Shown: positions 1 through 15,817, numbered from the stretch's first letter. The stretch: DNA of 64,000 nucleotides from Eledone cirrhosa (GCA_964016885.1 OZ024756.1:33356001-33420000), one strand, 5' to 3'. Made by a program: numbers and translations. The notes: a model not told the origin generated them from the letters alone.

Positions 1-371
1 ATAATCATAATTTATTTTGAAACATATTACTGAAATAATTATTACGGAAACGAAACATGTTTTCCTTTTTAATTTTTTCTATTTACGAAGCCTCCACAAA
101 ATTCAAGTTTTCTGATGGATGATAGTATGAAGTTTAATGATAGTAGTCTTTAATACAATAATAAAATATTAAAACCTGAGCTTATTTTAGGGTGTATTTG
201 TAAACTTCCTGTCTCATCTATAAAATGGGAAGCAATGTATATTTTTTTCGTTCATCATACGCATACGTAGTTGACGTTCCCCAAATGGTATTTCAAATTT
301 TAAATTTTGCTACCAAATATAGTAAACATATAAATAATTTACAATTACGATGCTACACAATAACTAAATGA

Positions 372-952
<581 letters not shown>

Positions 953-1196
953 TTAGTAATTTTCAGTATAAAAAATTTGAAATAAAGTCCGTTGTTAAAA
1001 TTATTTACGTAAGTGAAAAAAATCTCAATTTAGATGTCATTGAATTAGTTGAATACTCTCGTAAATAAAATGAAACCTAAGGGGATTATTTCCTTGGGAA
1101 GAAGAATACCAAAACTTATATTTAAAACAAACGACTTCAAATGTTTAAAGCGAAAGTATAAACACATACACATGCACACACATATATGTACGTATA

Positions 1197-1283
<87 letters not shown>

Positions 1284-2508
1284 GCATGTATATATATATA
1301 TATATATATATATATGCTCATACATATATGTGTATGTGCATGCATGTACATGCAGATGTTTGAAACTGTATGCACATATTTGCAATAATAATCTTTGATT
1401 AATATAAAAGAAATATATTTAAATGAATCAAACAATCGCAGGTGCAATATTAGATGTACCTTATGTTATGAAAAATGTTATCTCCTTGTTATTCATAACT
1501 AAGAGTTGTTTATGTTTACATACAAATGCAAACATACACACGCACACACAATCCCCAAACACACAGGAAACTATATATATATATATGTGCGTAAATGAAT
1601 TTGAAATCACCTCTAATTTAGGCTGTTTGTTTGTGCATGTGTATACTCCTAATATCAGTTAATTATTTTCAAAGCAATTAAGTATAAGTTGATATATTTG
1701 AAATGCAGATGTATTGCTTAATTAGCAACTACATAAGTTAATTAGTTTAGAAACTTGTTTTTTGTCTGAAGGCTACCAAAATATAAATTTTAAAAATATG
1801 ATGATAATGAAGATGTTGGGATGCTATCTTGCAGTTCCTTATAGGCCCTTATATTTCGGGATAAAATCGCTTCATCAAAAGAATGATAGAGTAAACTAGT
1901 ATGGGGCTGTATATTCTTTATCGCTCTTAAGCCGCCAACTTTGAAACTTAAATAAATCGGTAAATAAATAAATCATCTGTAACAGGATTTAAATATCGAG
2001 GGTTAGCTGGAATGCTCAACGTTAAAAAAATATCACAATATACAAATATACTACAAAAAAAAAATGAAAAATGTTATTCCTCACAGACAAATATGTGAAT
2101 TCGTATATTATGAAGATATTAAGACGATATAGTACTTCAAAACTAATGTTGCATTCAACAAAAATACATGAAAGTATATAAACAGCTCTATAATTTAGAT
2201 ATATAAAAAACACAACACGCACACCGAATTACGTAAATATATATATAGGATTTCGTTTACTGCACAGCGTATGGAGTTCATATAATTGGAACCGTCTTGA
2301 CATGCTATATTAAAGATGTCCTTAACTATTTGGTTGTATGATTAGCACCCTTGTTTTAAAGACGAGACACTTCTTGTGCTAGGATTATACAAAGACAAAA
2401 TGGAGATTTGGCATCGAATTAGCATATGTGTACACAAACTCATAGCTGGTGATAAACATAAACACACACATAGACGAACACAGTAGCAGGTATTTTGAAG
2501 TATATATG

Positions 2509-2565
<57 letters not shown>

Positions 2566-2566
2566 G

Positions 2567-2613
<47 letters not shown>

Positions 2614-2784
2614 AATTGGTCCGCATACATATAGATAGATAAGTTAAATGTAATAAAAGAGAAAAGTTACAGAAAGAAGACGTTACACGGCATTTAAAAG
2701 TCAACCCTTTATAATCAACAGCAATATATAAGCTCAGTGACATGAACACACACACATATCTGTTAATATGTTGATGTGTGTGTT

Positions 2785-2830
<46 letters not shown>

Positions 2831-3092
2831 ATATATTCAAATATATATATATATGTTTACATATATATATACATATATGTATATATGTATATATATATAT
2901 ATACATACGAATAAATATATATATATATCTATGTATATATATATATATGTATTTATATATATATATATATTATATATATATTATATATATATTATGTATA
3001 TATGTATATATATTATGTATATATGTATATATATTATATATATATGTATAAATATATATATATTATATATATATGTATATATATATATATTG

Positions 3093-3189
<97 letters not shown>

Positions 3190-3601
3190 GTCTCTGCGTG
3201 TAAGTTGTAAGTGTATACAAGGCACAAGTATGGAAAGTATGCATGTGAGTGAATGCATTTATTAAAATAATAAAATAATAATAATAAAAACTCTTTGAAT
3301 GAATGATGCCAATGCTATGTTCCAAATACCCCCTCATCTACTTTGTATTATGATTTTGCTTGAAAAAAAACAACAGACTGAAAAATCAATAAAAAGACAA
3401 AGAACGAAATGTTAAAACTTCACACCAAACTTGCTATTAATAAGGTTAAACAAATCTTCTTTGTTTATGTTTTCATTTACTCTGTATCAGCGCATCTCTT
3501 TGAATTTTGGCTTTTTCTGATTAAAAAAAATATGCGTATATATCTAAATATGTATATATATATATATATATATGAACAACCGGTTATATATATATAAAGA
3601 T

Positions 3602-3673
<72 letters not shown>

Positions 3674-3674
3674 G

Positions 3675-3771
<97 letters not shown>

Positions 3772-4363
3772 AATTATATATGTATGTATATATATATATT
3801 TATTTATGTGTGTGCATGTATATATATATGTATATATATATATATATATAAATATACATATATATATATATATATACATAAATATATATGTATTTGTGTA
3901 ATATACTATATATATATATATACATATATACATATATGTTTGAAATGAAATGAACGATCAATTTAAAGGTGGAAAAATACTACAAATTGTCCAATTAAAG
4001 TTTCACTGTTTCTTGTACAAATTAAACTTGATGTGTTTTTTTTCGTATATTTATTTGCAATGCTTTCATTTCTTTATCTAAAAACGTATTTTATATAGAA
4101 AACTTACGTAATAATTGCACATATCCTGTTTGATAAATTTCCGCATAACATACATATTTAGTCGCTGCTGATATAATAATAAAATGCAAAAAAGTATTTG
4201 GAACTTCCGTACACAAACGCACTCACACATATGCGCCCATACATATATATATATTTATAAATATATACATATAAATATCATACATACATATATATATATA
4301 ATAAAAGCTGAGTGTGTTTACGTGAATATACATTATACACATGTAAGTATATATTGCATTTAT

Positions 4364-4409
<46 letters not shown>

Positions 4410-4415
4410 CTGTGT

Positions 4416-4483
<68 letters not shown>

Positions 4484-4925
4484 CAAAAATCATATATGTA
4501 CATATACACACACGCACACATTCACTCTCACACATATATATTGGAAATATTTAAGCTAAATTTAGAAGTATTTCCAAATATGTTTTTGTAACATAATTAA
4601 AGCGCAAACACATTCACCTTCTGTATAGTTTATGTCACACGTGGAAATATGACACCAAATTGAGTGAGATATAATGGATACAGCAAACGACCAAAGAGTT
4701 ATTACATACACGATCATGTGTGCAGTGTTTCAAACTGGTGGAAAAGGTTAGCTTGCCCTCAAGACAATGGAAATACAAATTGCGTAAGAGGTAATATATG
4801 AAAAGAGACAAGGTGCCCATAGCTGGCGGATATTTTATTCGGATATATATATATATATAGTCATACATAATAATAATATATATATGTATATATATACATA
4901 TTTATATAGATATATGTGTATATAT

Positions 4926-4999
<74 letters not shown>

Positions 5000-5301
5000 G
5001 CATGGATATATATCCACATAGATAAATACTTACTCAGGCAAGTAGTCTGCGGTGAAAAACTGGTATAATCAGAAGAGACAGCATGCTGCATAAAGCTATA
5101 AACTATCAGATATTGGGATTGTATCGAAAGAATCAACAGGCAGCCTGCAGATAAACATCCAATAGATTAGTTCTTTCACGCTGGTCACCGTAAATAGTAT
5201 GTAGTGGGGGTTGTAATGATCCACAAAGACCACAAAATTATATGTTGCAACGTTTTCCCTGTTTCACATTTCAGGTAGAAGCTGTTGGAAAAAGATACAT
5301 C

Positions 5302-5332
<31 letters not shown>

Positions 5333-5335
<3 letters not shown>

Positions 5336-5595
5336 AAATGAAGTAATTCCGTCGGAAAAGTCCAGGAAAAAAGAGTGCTCTATGTAGGTAACAGAGCTTA
5401 ATAGTTATGTAATAAACAACACAAGGCAATTATTTCATTTACTTGTGGTTTCTTAAAAGCAAAAAAAAATTGCTTTCAATCATCACAATGAAAAGGCCAG
5501 GAGTTTTTCATTCTGATGATTGAAAGCAAAATTTTTTTGCTTTTAAGAAACCAGTGCTAAGTGAAATAATTGCCTTGTGTTGTTTATTACATAAC

Positions 5596-5598
<3 letters not shown>
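5333..5598. mobile_element. Fold-back element family A, copy 1 (~68-bp head plus ~200-bp hairpin, ending in (TA)n)
   Basis: 5401-~5494 is the reverse complement of ~5504-5598 (ATAGTTATGTAATAAACAACACAAGG / CCTTGTGTTGTTTATTACATAACTAT); homologous copy at 63720-63993. Confidence 0.85.
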
Positions 5599-5660
<62 letters not shown>

Positions 5661-5663
<3 letters not shown>

Positions 5664-5720
5664 AACAAGTAGGAGTCCGACGGCTGATCTCAAGCCGTTT
5701 CGACGGCTAATTTTGGACTA
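5661..5720 (-). mobile_element. Short (TA)n-abutting repeat, family H fragment
   Basis: Reverse complement resembles 14755-14822 and the arm at 55430-55490 (TCGAAACGG...GAGATCAGCCGTCGG...TTCCTA). Confidence 0.6.
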
Positions 5721-5732
5721 ATTTAGACCAGA

Positions 5733-5926
5733 GGGTGGTGGATGGCAGTATCGGTAGAGGGTCTGACGCCATGCTTTGCAGCAAAGAGTTACGGCCCTTG
5801 CCATTCTGAGTTCAAATCCCGCCGAGGTTAACTTTGCCTTTCATCCTTAAGGGGTCGATAAAATAAAGTACCAGTAATACACTGGGATAATTGGTGGCAT
5901 TGTGCCAAAAGTAGAAACAATTATTA
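5733..5926 (+). mobile_element. tRNA-derived SINE (octopod-type)
   Basis: A-box-like TGGCAGTATCGG, B-box GAGTTCAAATC, body TTTGCCTTTCATCC..GGGGTCGATAAAATAAAGTACCAG, TTA-type tail; more than 12 homologous copies in the window. Confidence 0.9.
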
Positions 5927-6183
5927 CTATACATCGCTGAAAAAAGGTACAATCAAAGTACTTGAAATGAAAATGAGAACACTATATATTTCGGTTTAAA
6001 GACTTTATGAAAGACGTAAAAAATTATGCATATTATTATTAATAGATGTAAAATATACATGATACCTACATATATATATATATTAAAAAAAATAAATATA
6101 TATAATATATATATACACGTACATATACGTTACCTCCGTTTTTCTTTAGTTCTAACGGTGCATACGAATCAAATTTTATGATC

Positions 6184-6261
<78 letters not shown>

Positions 6262-7309
6262 GTATATGTATGTATATATATATATATATGTATGTATATA
6301 TGTATGTATATATGTATGTATATATATATGTATATATATATGTATATATATATATATATATATTATACCAGTTGCATATTTCTCTTTTTTAATTCACCAT
6401 CTATTTAGTCATTGAATGAAATGTCATTTAGTTCGTTTCAATCTTTCTCATAATATAATTAACGTCGTGCAAAAGAATCAAAGGATATTCAATATATTTA
6501 GGCATTAGAAATATTTGACAATGCACCACGAGGATTCAACTCCAATTTAAATGCTTCTACGTAGGTAATGGTATCTCTTTATTTCTAAGATTACTTTCTT
6601 ACAACTCACAGCTATAGAACTCAGGAACAATCTAGTTTCTAAACACATTATGGATATTATTATATTACCTATTATAAACGAAAATGTTTCTGGAATATAA
6701 TTATAATTTCCGTATGGATTTGGAAGAATTCCAAATGTATTTTATATGAAAATATATTATTAGAATGATAGTTATGTTATTAAATAGAGAATAATGGGTA
6801 TAATCGTATCAATGCATGTTACATAATCATAATGACAGCAAATATTATCATTATTGTTAGTAGTATTAATATCATTATTAGTAGTAGCAGCAGCTGCAAT
6901 TGTGGTAGTAGTAGTCCTAATCGTAGTAATAGTAATCAGGAGAATTGTCAAATACAATTACCTCGTAACTGAAATGAGAAGGATGTTACGTATGGAATTT
7001 ACAATAGTAGCTAAGTTAATTGCATTAACAACTATAAAGAATATTATTCAAAATTACATGAAACACATACCAAAGCCAGAACCCTATACACAGTTTAGTA
7101 ACTCTGATATTTACAATTCACATCATACACAAAGAACATGGAATTCAACAGTGCAATTCACTTTCTATCAACATATATATTAACCTACATAAATATTAGC
7201 CTAAATCTTTAACAAATATCGACAATCCATCGATTTTCGTCAAATCGATCCGAGAAAATGCTTCAATTGGTCTTTCTAATTGCTAATACTATCTATTGGT
7301 CGCAACTCC

Positions 7310-7436
7310 AGGTAGAATGAGCAACGTGAAAAAACGTGTCTTGTTCAAAGACATAACGAATCGCCCGGTCTGGAAATCGAACTCACAACCTCACGATTTC
7401 CAATCCAACGCTCTAACCACGCAGCCAGGAGCCTTC
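7310..7436 (-). mobile_element. Older tRNA-derived SINE of a second family (diverged)
   Basis: Reverse-strand B-box (GGAAATCGAACTC on +) and A-box region (CTAACCACGCAGCCA on +). Confidence 0.55.
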
Positions 7437-7964
7437 AACATATATATATATATGTACTAAATGTTGAATATTCACCTAAATGCTAATCAATATTATACAA
7501 CATCCAAACCTATATCAGTGAATTTCAAACGGCTTGCCACAAAGAATGTATTAAGTACATTTAAATATATAATTTAAGTTTTGAATAAATCCATAGACAC
7601 GATTTAGCTTCTTAAAACATTTATTAATATGTTTTCTTTGAACACGGATGATTAATAAAGAAAAACGTTTATAATTTTTTGTTCATATATTTTAAATTTA
7701 AGACATAATTCAATTAATTTTTCTTGGGAAGAGTACGATTAAGATTCCATTACATTTTTAGTGCACTGAGAAATCAAAGAGATCAGGAAACATTTACTAT
7801 TTAATCTCCATGAAATTTAATTAGACACACACATATACATACATATTCGTCATCTCATCTATTAGAGCTGACAACCCATATTTTACGCATGTGATTTCAC
7901 ATAATATAGACATGTAAGGATGTCGATCGTCTTAAAGTGTAATTAAATACATACAGAAAATCGA

Positions 7965-8205
7965 AGCCAGCCACAAACCCAAGACATACGCGACCTCAAG
8001 CAACCTTCCTTTCGATTCAAGTGTGAGTTAGATCAGGCATAGTCTTCCTATTGTATCTCCATCACCTTGTAAACTGAGCAGGCAGCCTAGATCCCAAGAC
8101 ATATGCTACCTCAGATATCCCACCGTTCGGCTCAATTGTAAGCTATATCATGCATATTCTTCCTAATGGATCCCCATTCCCCGTTAAATAAACCAGCGAA
8201 CCACA
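7965..8205. repeat. Diverged tandem dimer, period ~115 bp
   Basis: CCCAAGACATA..ACCTCA at 7978 and 8093, with TCTTCCTA recurring at the same offset. Confidence 0.7.
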
Positions 8206-8285
8206 CGAATCACTTCTATGGGGATGCCGGACGTCATATCACGTTATATTACATGCTGTAACCGTTAAATCACATAATTTCTATA

Positions 8286-8477
8286 TAATAAATGTTTCTA
8301 ATTTAGGCACAAGGCCAGCAATTATCCCACGCATTACTGGTACTTTATTTTATCGACCCCGCAAGGATGAAAGGCAAAGTCAACCTCGGCGGGATTTGAA
8401 CTCAGATTGTAAAGGGACGTAACTATGCTGGAAAGCATGGCGTCCGACCCTCTACTGATACTGCCAATCCACCGCCT
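8286..8477 (-). mobile_element. tRNA-derived SINE
   Basis: Reverse complement of the 5733-5926 family. Confidence 0.9.
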
Positions 8478-8480
8478 CAT

Positions 8481-8704
8481 AATAATGATTTCTAGTATAG
8501 GCACAAGACCAGAAATTTGGTGGGGAGGGGAAGGTCAATTAAATCGACCCCCAGTACGTTACTGGTGCTTTATTTTATCGACCCCGTAGGATGACAGGCA
8601 AAGTTAACCTCGGCAGGATTTTAACTCACACCGTAAAGGGCCGTAACTCTATGCTGCAAATCATGGTGTCCGACTCACTACCAATACTGCCAATCCACTA
8701 CCCT
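8481..8704 (-). mobile_element. tRNA-derived SINE (longer variant, tandem with the previous copy)
   Basis: Same family, with an extra GGGGAGGGGAAGGTCAATTAAATCGACCCC segment. Confidence 0.9.
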
Positions 8705-10871
8705 ATATAATAATAGACATACGTATCTACAGTATGTAGCATATGCTCTGCTCTATCATCGTCTGATACTATGACACGTAAATAATATATAACTCTAACA
8801 TAAATCACCTGACTATAAAATAATACACCTTAACAGCAAAATTGACGTATTACTGTAGTAACCTCAGTTACTGCAATCCCAATAACACCTAAACTCAAAA
8901 GAGATATAGTAAAAAAAGAAATAGTTCTACATACACACATGTGAGTTAGTACCAAACGCACCTAAGGGCTCAGTAGATAATCGCAAATATTCTTTGAGAC
9001 ATAATATTTCGGACAATAATACTAATAGTAATTTCTTATATAGGTACACGACCAGCAATTTAGGAGAATAGAAATCCGATTGTTTTGCTACAGTGCTTGG
9101 AGGGTTGTTTATTTTATCGACTTCAGAAGAACGAAAGCAAATTCGATCTCGTCAGGATGTTAACTCAGAACGTAAACAGCCAGAACATAGTACCGTTAAT
9201 CCTTTATCCGACGCTTTAACGAATCAAATCCCCTGCTCGATTTTCGTGTTCAGAAAGAGGGTGAATTGTCAACTCATTACAATCTGTAGGACTGAGACTA
9301 CATTAAATAAATCACCCCGCAAATCTAGCAGGTCTAACGCAAATTACAGGATAAGCTGAGATGCTCCAACTGATCAGTTGGCAAGACTAACTATCCATTT
9401 ATTATTGCATCCCAATTCAGAGAATGTTTTAAACAAACAGTGAACGTCAAATCGGAGGAGAGGCGGTTCAGCCTGGGAGTTTCCGATTCAGGTGTAAAAT
9501 GGCGAGAACGTAACGCATTCGTGGTGCGCCGGGTACAGGGGGCACTATTTGTTTAATCGGGAGCTAATGGATCCCATCCGAAACAAAAAAGGAAGATTAT
9601 AAATCCTAATATATATTTATCATGTAAAATCAATGGTGTGGTGTATGGGATAAGCTGTTTTACTCATGATCACACAATAGGGAGTACCATTCCCAGACTT
9701 GGTGTTACATCGTCTTCCTGAGTACGATGCTTTTCGTTATAGTTTTGTATCACCTATTATTGAAGCATCCAAGAAATCTTCTTTGATATCCAACCCGGTA
9801 AGGGAACAGTTTAATGTGTGAGCGGTAGATATTATTTATGTGTAAGCGGTAGATATTATTTATAATAAAATAAATTATATATTATATTCAAGCCCAATAA
9901 ATCAATTCATTCGAAAGGAAACCCTTCCTTTTGAGAATTTAAAGAGTTTTCAAAGGTAAAAGGATAAAGGAATAGATAGGATTGCTATTTTAAGATTTTA
10001 TGAGATAAAATGAATTAACTTTCTTTATATAGTAAGCAGTTCTGAATGTGCTTGCCTCACAAAGATTGTTGAGGAGAAGAGAATATAATTGAAAGAGTTT
10101 ATGAGATCAGGCTGACATAGTGGTGCAGTAATGTTTGCAGGAACAAATGGTAAGTAAAACATAAACGTGGCTTTGAATTCAGAAAAGAAGAACAGGCAGA
10201 ACCAATATAAGAGGTAAGTAGTCTAAAGAGAGATACGTTAAAATTACACACACAGGCACATAAACACACACACGCACTCTCTCTCTTTCTCACTCTCTCT
10301 CCCTCTTTTTCTCTCTAATAAACACTCTCATACACTTACATACATACACACATACACATAATATACACACTATTACACATTGATTTCAGTTTCTATTTTT
10401 AACAAATACTTGACTGAGAAAACGTTGTGTAGATTTATCTACTTCTAAAATAGCAAACTGGTCGCATATGGAGAGAACTAGCTTTGCTGAAACACGGAGA
10501 ATGATAGACGCTGCTAGTAGAAAGACCCATAATACGTCGCATCTCACTATGGCGCCACTATGACTCGATCAGTCAGTACGTACGGGAATACGCCACTCAG
10601 GTCTCTTTTTTTTTGGGGGGGGGGCATAGAAGGCTCGAAACAACGCAACCCATACAAACTTAAGTTATATATGATTATCATCAATATTGACATGAAATAT
10701 AGAGCCTCAACATGTAGGTAACTGCACTGTCTGCACAGCTTCTGCGTGGTTACTTAACCTGCTGTAAATATCAACGAAATTTTTCTAAAACCATGCCCAG
10801 TGTCAAGATAGTTCATATAAGATAACCCTAAGAAAATTATATCTGAAATATACATACATATACAGTATGTA

Positions 10872-10914
<43 letters not shown>

Positions 10915-10919
<5 letters not shown>

Positions 10920-11182
10920 AAGAATAGAGGTGTAACACACAAGTTATTATATATTGGTAAACGGAATAGAAAATGCTGACAAATTGTTCACAGTTGAAAA
11001 ATGGTTTAATTAGGAATAAGAGAGTATTAGTGATTGTATGGGTTAGTATTCAGTTGTGGTTTTAAGTTTTTAAGTTTTTACCGGTTGCGCATTTCTAAAT
11101 GCTTTTCAAATTAAACCTAATTAAACCATTTTTCAACTGTGAACAATTTGTCAGCATTTTCTATTCCGTTTACCAATATATA
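10915..11182. mobile_element. Fold-back element between (TA)n tracts (67-bp inverted arms, ~100-bp spacer)
   Basis: 10948-11014 is the reverse complement of 11116-11182. Confidence 0.8.
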
Positions 11183-11667
11183 TATATATATATATATATA
11201 CAGTAGTTTGTCTGGTATTTTATTCAATCGACCCCAGAGATTTGACCCCAATAGGACGTCAATTATTATAAGGAGCTGCACAAAGATAGAAGCCCAACTA
11301 AACCTAGCGAGGTAAATTCTCACTTTGATAATTCGGAGTACCAGTGAGATTTTGGAGTCGATACAATCGATTGTTCTTCATTACAAAATGTCTGGCTTTA
11401 TATCTATGTTAGAAGGTAAGGACTAGTATTTTTACATGTATCTTGAAATACTGAGATTGTTTTATAAGATAATCAAAATCACTAACTGAAATACGTATAA
11501 AAACAAAATAATATTTATATTCTGCTCATTTAAGCATCATTACTACAATCACTTTAACACAGCAAAATTCCGACAGCATCTGTATTGCAGTTGTATAATT
11601 AAATTTCAAGAAAACCGAATCATTTTTTAAAAGGATTTATAAGATCGAAATTTACACTTTGAAATGA

Positions 11668-11820
<153 letters not shown>

Positions 11821-12015
11821 CGACAATCGTTCTTTCAAAATTTTGTAAATTTCACTTGAGAAAATTAAACCCAATGGCGTATGAGAAAGATGTGCGATAA
11901 AAATAATTCGTTCGTTTCTATTGTTCACTTACTTTAACCGAAACCAAAAATATATGCGTTTATTTGTGGCAATACTATGTAAATGAATATGTAGACATGT
12001 ATCGTCAAAGGTGTT

Positions 12016-13307
12016 ACGTTATAGGAAATGTTATTATATTTAGAAGTTACCTGAAGCAATTCACTTCTGAGATTTACCATATTCAATAAAATCAAATGAA
12101 GATACGCATTTTCTATCATATGCTAAAATTTAAAGACAAATATGGCAACACATCTATAATAACATTTGTGAAGGAAATGACGTAAGCAGATGCAAATATC
12201 TTCATATTATTTAAGATTAAACTCATATATGTAATGTTTGATTGGTTAAATTTGTAGGCTAGGAGTGAGTGCTGATATTTCGAAATTGATACGTCGTCCA
12301 TCAGAGAAGGAAAAACATAAGCGAAAGTGAGAAATAAAATATGTAAAGTGAGCTAATCTCAGAGAATGTAAGAGAAATATATAACAAAATAACATTTCAA
12401 TATAATCTCGGATGTGATGAAACAACAAACCGCAACGTCATTTTCTTCCCTCATCAAACTTACGAACTTACTATGTAAATATAATGGATACAACATGGCA
12501 TATGACGTTTGACATGTGCTTCTTTATCCATGAGATGCCTTAACAAGTCAATTATAAGTCCATAATGTATTATTAAGTATTGAGTATTCGATTATGCAGG
12601 GTGTTATATTTTGATTCGTACCACCAATACCATCAATTTGCAGATATTAACCACCCTTTATTAGGAAAATATTATTGAATGTTATTCGTATTGTAAAGTT
12701 ATGTTCATGTAGTGTACTGACTCATAATCTATTCATAACTGTTTAACTCATATTGATCATATTAAACATATATTAAACCCTCTGATACAGAAAACCATAC
12801 CAAATGAAATATACACATGTTAAAATATTTCTGATTAGCTTTATGGCTGTGGCATAGAGCATGCCATAAAGTAGGTTTGGGAGAAATATCATCACTAGAA
12901 ATATATGTTTGGGATGTCAGTTGAAGTGGTTTTGTTATAGATTAATTTACATATTATTAAATAAATTTCACGCGCTTCGTTCATTCTTCATTTATGGTCG
13001 ATGTTATGTTTATCAATTTAATGTGGTCTATCGCAAGTGTCGGTTAGAAATCCTACCAAGATCAAATGTGTCTCTAATACTTTTGCAGTTAAAAAATAAA
13101 TGACCATTCCTGTGATTGTAGTAATCGATTGTTTCCAGTTCATACTGCTGTGTCTACATTAGAACATTAGAAGCCTATGTATTTCACGTTATAGGACATT
13201 TTATTATATTTAAAAGTTACCTGAAGCAATTCACTTCTGAGATTTACCATATTCAATAAAATCAAATGAAGATACGCATTTTCTATCATATGCTAAAATT
13301 TAAAGAC
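12016..13307. repeat. Dispersed direct repeat of ~122 bp (12016-12137 and 13186-13307)
   Basis: Near-identical ACGTTATAGGA...TGCTAAAATTTAAAGAC, 1170 bp apart. Confidence 0.9.
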
Positions 13308-13745
13308 CCCCCACCCCCACCCCAATGTAATCAGTTGTTGCTGTTTGCATACGGAGAGCAAAATATAATCAGTAATGTTGACAATTTCGAGTACTGGAGT
13401 GACAGAAGTATGTTGAGTTAGTGCAAGATACGAGCCAATTTTGAATATTGTTGACGCATCCTGGTCGACTGATTAGAAATGTCGCTTCGCAATCATAGCA
13501 TCCGGTTTCGATTCCTCTACATTGCATCGGAGGCAATTTTCATTTACCTTACTTTCAAGTCAACTGATTCTCAGTGAAAATGGGTTGACGGAAACTGCTA
13601 AGAAGCCTGTCTGATTGATTTTACATGTAATTAAATGTAATTAAATGTAACAGTCTTGTCCCACATTGTGAAACTCTGATTCTGTCTGAGAATAACTTCA
13701 ATGGTACAGGTGCCGGTGGAACGTTCAGTCACTTTCAATTATATT

Positions 13746-13862
13746 ATATATAGCAATGGTTTCAGTGACTGAAAACGTCACTTGCTAGAATGCTATATAT
13801 ATCAAATGCTTCAATAACTGAAAAAGTGACTTGCTAGTATGTTATATATAGCAAGGTTTTCA
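13746..13862. repeat. Minisatellite, ~49-bp period, ~2.4 units
   Basis: TATATATAGCAA..TTCA..ACTGAAAA.GT.ACTTGCTAG repeated. Confidence 0.7.
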
Positions 13863-14247
13863 TTCAGAGAATTCAGTGAACAAAGGGAACACTCATCGTT
13901 GAAACAGGCGAATACCATACTATTTCACTGAATATCATTTAAACTAAATTTAAAAAGTAACAGCCTCGGCGCCAATTAAAAAAAGTAAAATTGTTGATGA
14001 AATTCGTGTTGAATATTTTGTACAAGAGGAATAATGTTATGTGATAATTGTTTTGTTTACTTTCACATAAAACATATATTTAAATTTAATTTATACGACA
14101 AAAAGACAGAAATGCCACATGCTGTTTACTGAGTGTGTGTTTTGTACTTATTTTAGTACATAATATAACATCCAAATGTAAATGATGCTATGTTGGTAGT
14201 TGCAAAAATGTTATGAACTAATAGCAGCAAGCTGCAGCAGCTGTGGT

Positions 14248-14248
<1 letters not shown>

Positions 14249-14333
<85 letters not shown>
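14249..14333. repeat. (TAG)n microsatellite
   Basis: Direct observation. Confidence 0.97.
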
Positions 14334-14334
<1 letters not shown>

Positions 14335-14662
14335 TACAAGAAGTATATAAAAGTATATACAAAAGTATATAAATGAAAATGAAATATTCATCAAATGTGT
14401 AAATATACTTTTTTAAGTGAACAAAAACAACAACAACAATAATAGTAACGACGACGATGATGGTGATGATGATGGTATTAATATTACCAGCATGATGTGA
14501 AAAAATAGTGTCTCGTTAAAAATGCAGTTTATAATTAGTCACCAAGCAACATTGTTTTTAAAAAGTTTGTTGCTATAACTATAACAGCAGAACTCTCTGT
14601 GTGGCTGCCATTAATAAATGACGAATGTCTATGTGTGTGTATGTGTCTCTCTATATCCCCCC

Positions 14663-14728
<66 letters not shown>

Positions 14729-14754
14729 AATGGCGAGCTGTGTTATTGCAAATA

Positions 14755-14822
14755 TATATCGGTTCAGATCTAACTGTCGAAACGGACGGAGATCTGTCGT
14801 CGGCGCCCTGACTCTTTTCCTA
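14755..14822 (+). mobile_element. Family H fragment ending in (TA)n
   Basis: TTCAGATCTAACTGTCGAAACGGACGGAGATCTGTCGTCGG..GACTCTTTTCCTA resembles 55431-55490. Confidence 0.6.
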
Positions 14823-15068
14823 TATGTATATATATATATATACATATACATATACACATATATATATACAAATAAAATATAGAGTTATTAACTCATATAG
14901 ATACCCTGCAATTAACAAGCTCAAAGTATAAATACTGAGCATCATAATATTAATATATGTAGAAGTAAACACAGTAAATCTCGTGTCTAAAATTTCGAGG
15001 GTAGATTACACCACAAACGTTATATATCACTCAACCTGAATCATAAGGGATGTTATAAGATTTCTACA

Positions 15069-15132
<64 letters not shown>

Positions 15133-15156
15133 TATTCGATGTAATATATATATATA

Positions 15157-15417
15157 ATAAATGTAGTTTTTCGAATATTAAACTGAGCTTTTCGAATATT
15201 AATAACATTCGATTCGTTTGCAATTATGCAACCAAGCCTAATTTTTATATCCATGTCAGTAGAATAAACCCTTCATTCTTGCTCTTATGTTGGCATGTAA
15301 AGAGCAAGAATGAAAGTTCATTCTACTGACATGACTATAAAATTGAAGTTTGTTTCCAAAATTGCAAACGAACCGAATGTTATTATTAATATTTGAAAAA
15401 TTCAGATTACATTTATT
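15157..15417. mobile_element. Fold-back hairpin of a PLE-like 3' tail (family B)
   Basis: Arms centred ~15292 (TTCATTCTTGCTCTT / AAGAGCAAGAATGAA); one arm is homologous to 37696-37803, where it abuts an HHR. Confidence 0.75.
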
Positions 15418-15459
15418 GTATTCAGCCATGTAGAGCGAACATATTCTCTTTTTTTATTC

Positions 15460-15552
<93 letters not shown>

Positions 15553-15564
15553 TTAATATAGATG

Positions 15565-15616
15565 AGATTCTACAGGACTAGAACAGTTTCATTCTTTAGA
15601 AATCATCAGGAATCTG
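15565..15616 (-). ncRNA. Type I hammerhead ribozyme motif (family B)
   Basis: Minus strand AGATTC-CTGATGA-TTTCTAAAGAAT-GAAAC-TGTTCTAGTCCT-GTA-GAATCT; stem I AGATTC/GAATCT. Confidence 0.7.
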
Positions 15617-15817
15617 GTATCAAAAAATAAACATGGTATTTATAGGTCTCTACAAGTGGTAGGAGAGGGTGGGGAGTGGGATGGGTGTAGGTCATTGGTT
15701 GATAGAAAAGGGAATTCATTAAAAGCTAATTCTACAAAGCTATACGGAATGTAACGTGCAGTTGTTGTCGGTTCACCCGAGTGAAAACTCGATGTGTAAT
15801 TTCCAAAAATGCACGAC

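Noticed and set aside
5733-5830. tRNA gene
   Set aside because: The A/B boxes belong to a SINE head; there is no cloverleaf and it continues into the SINE body.
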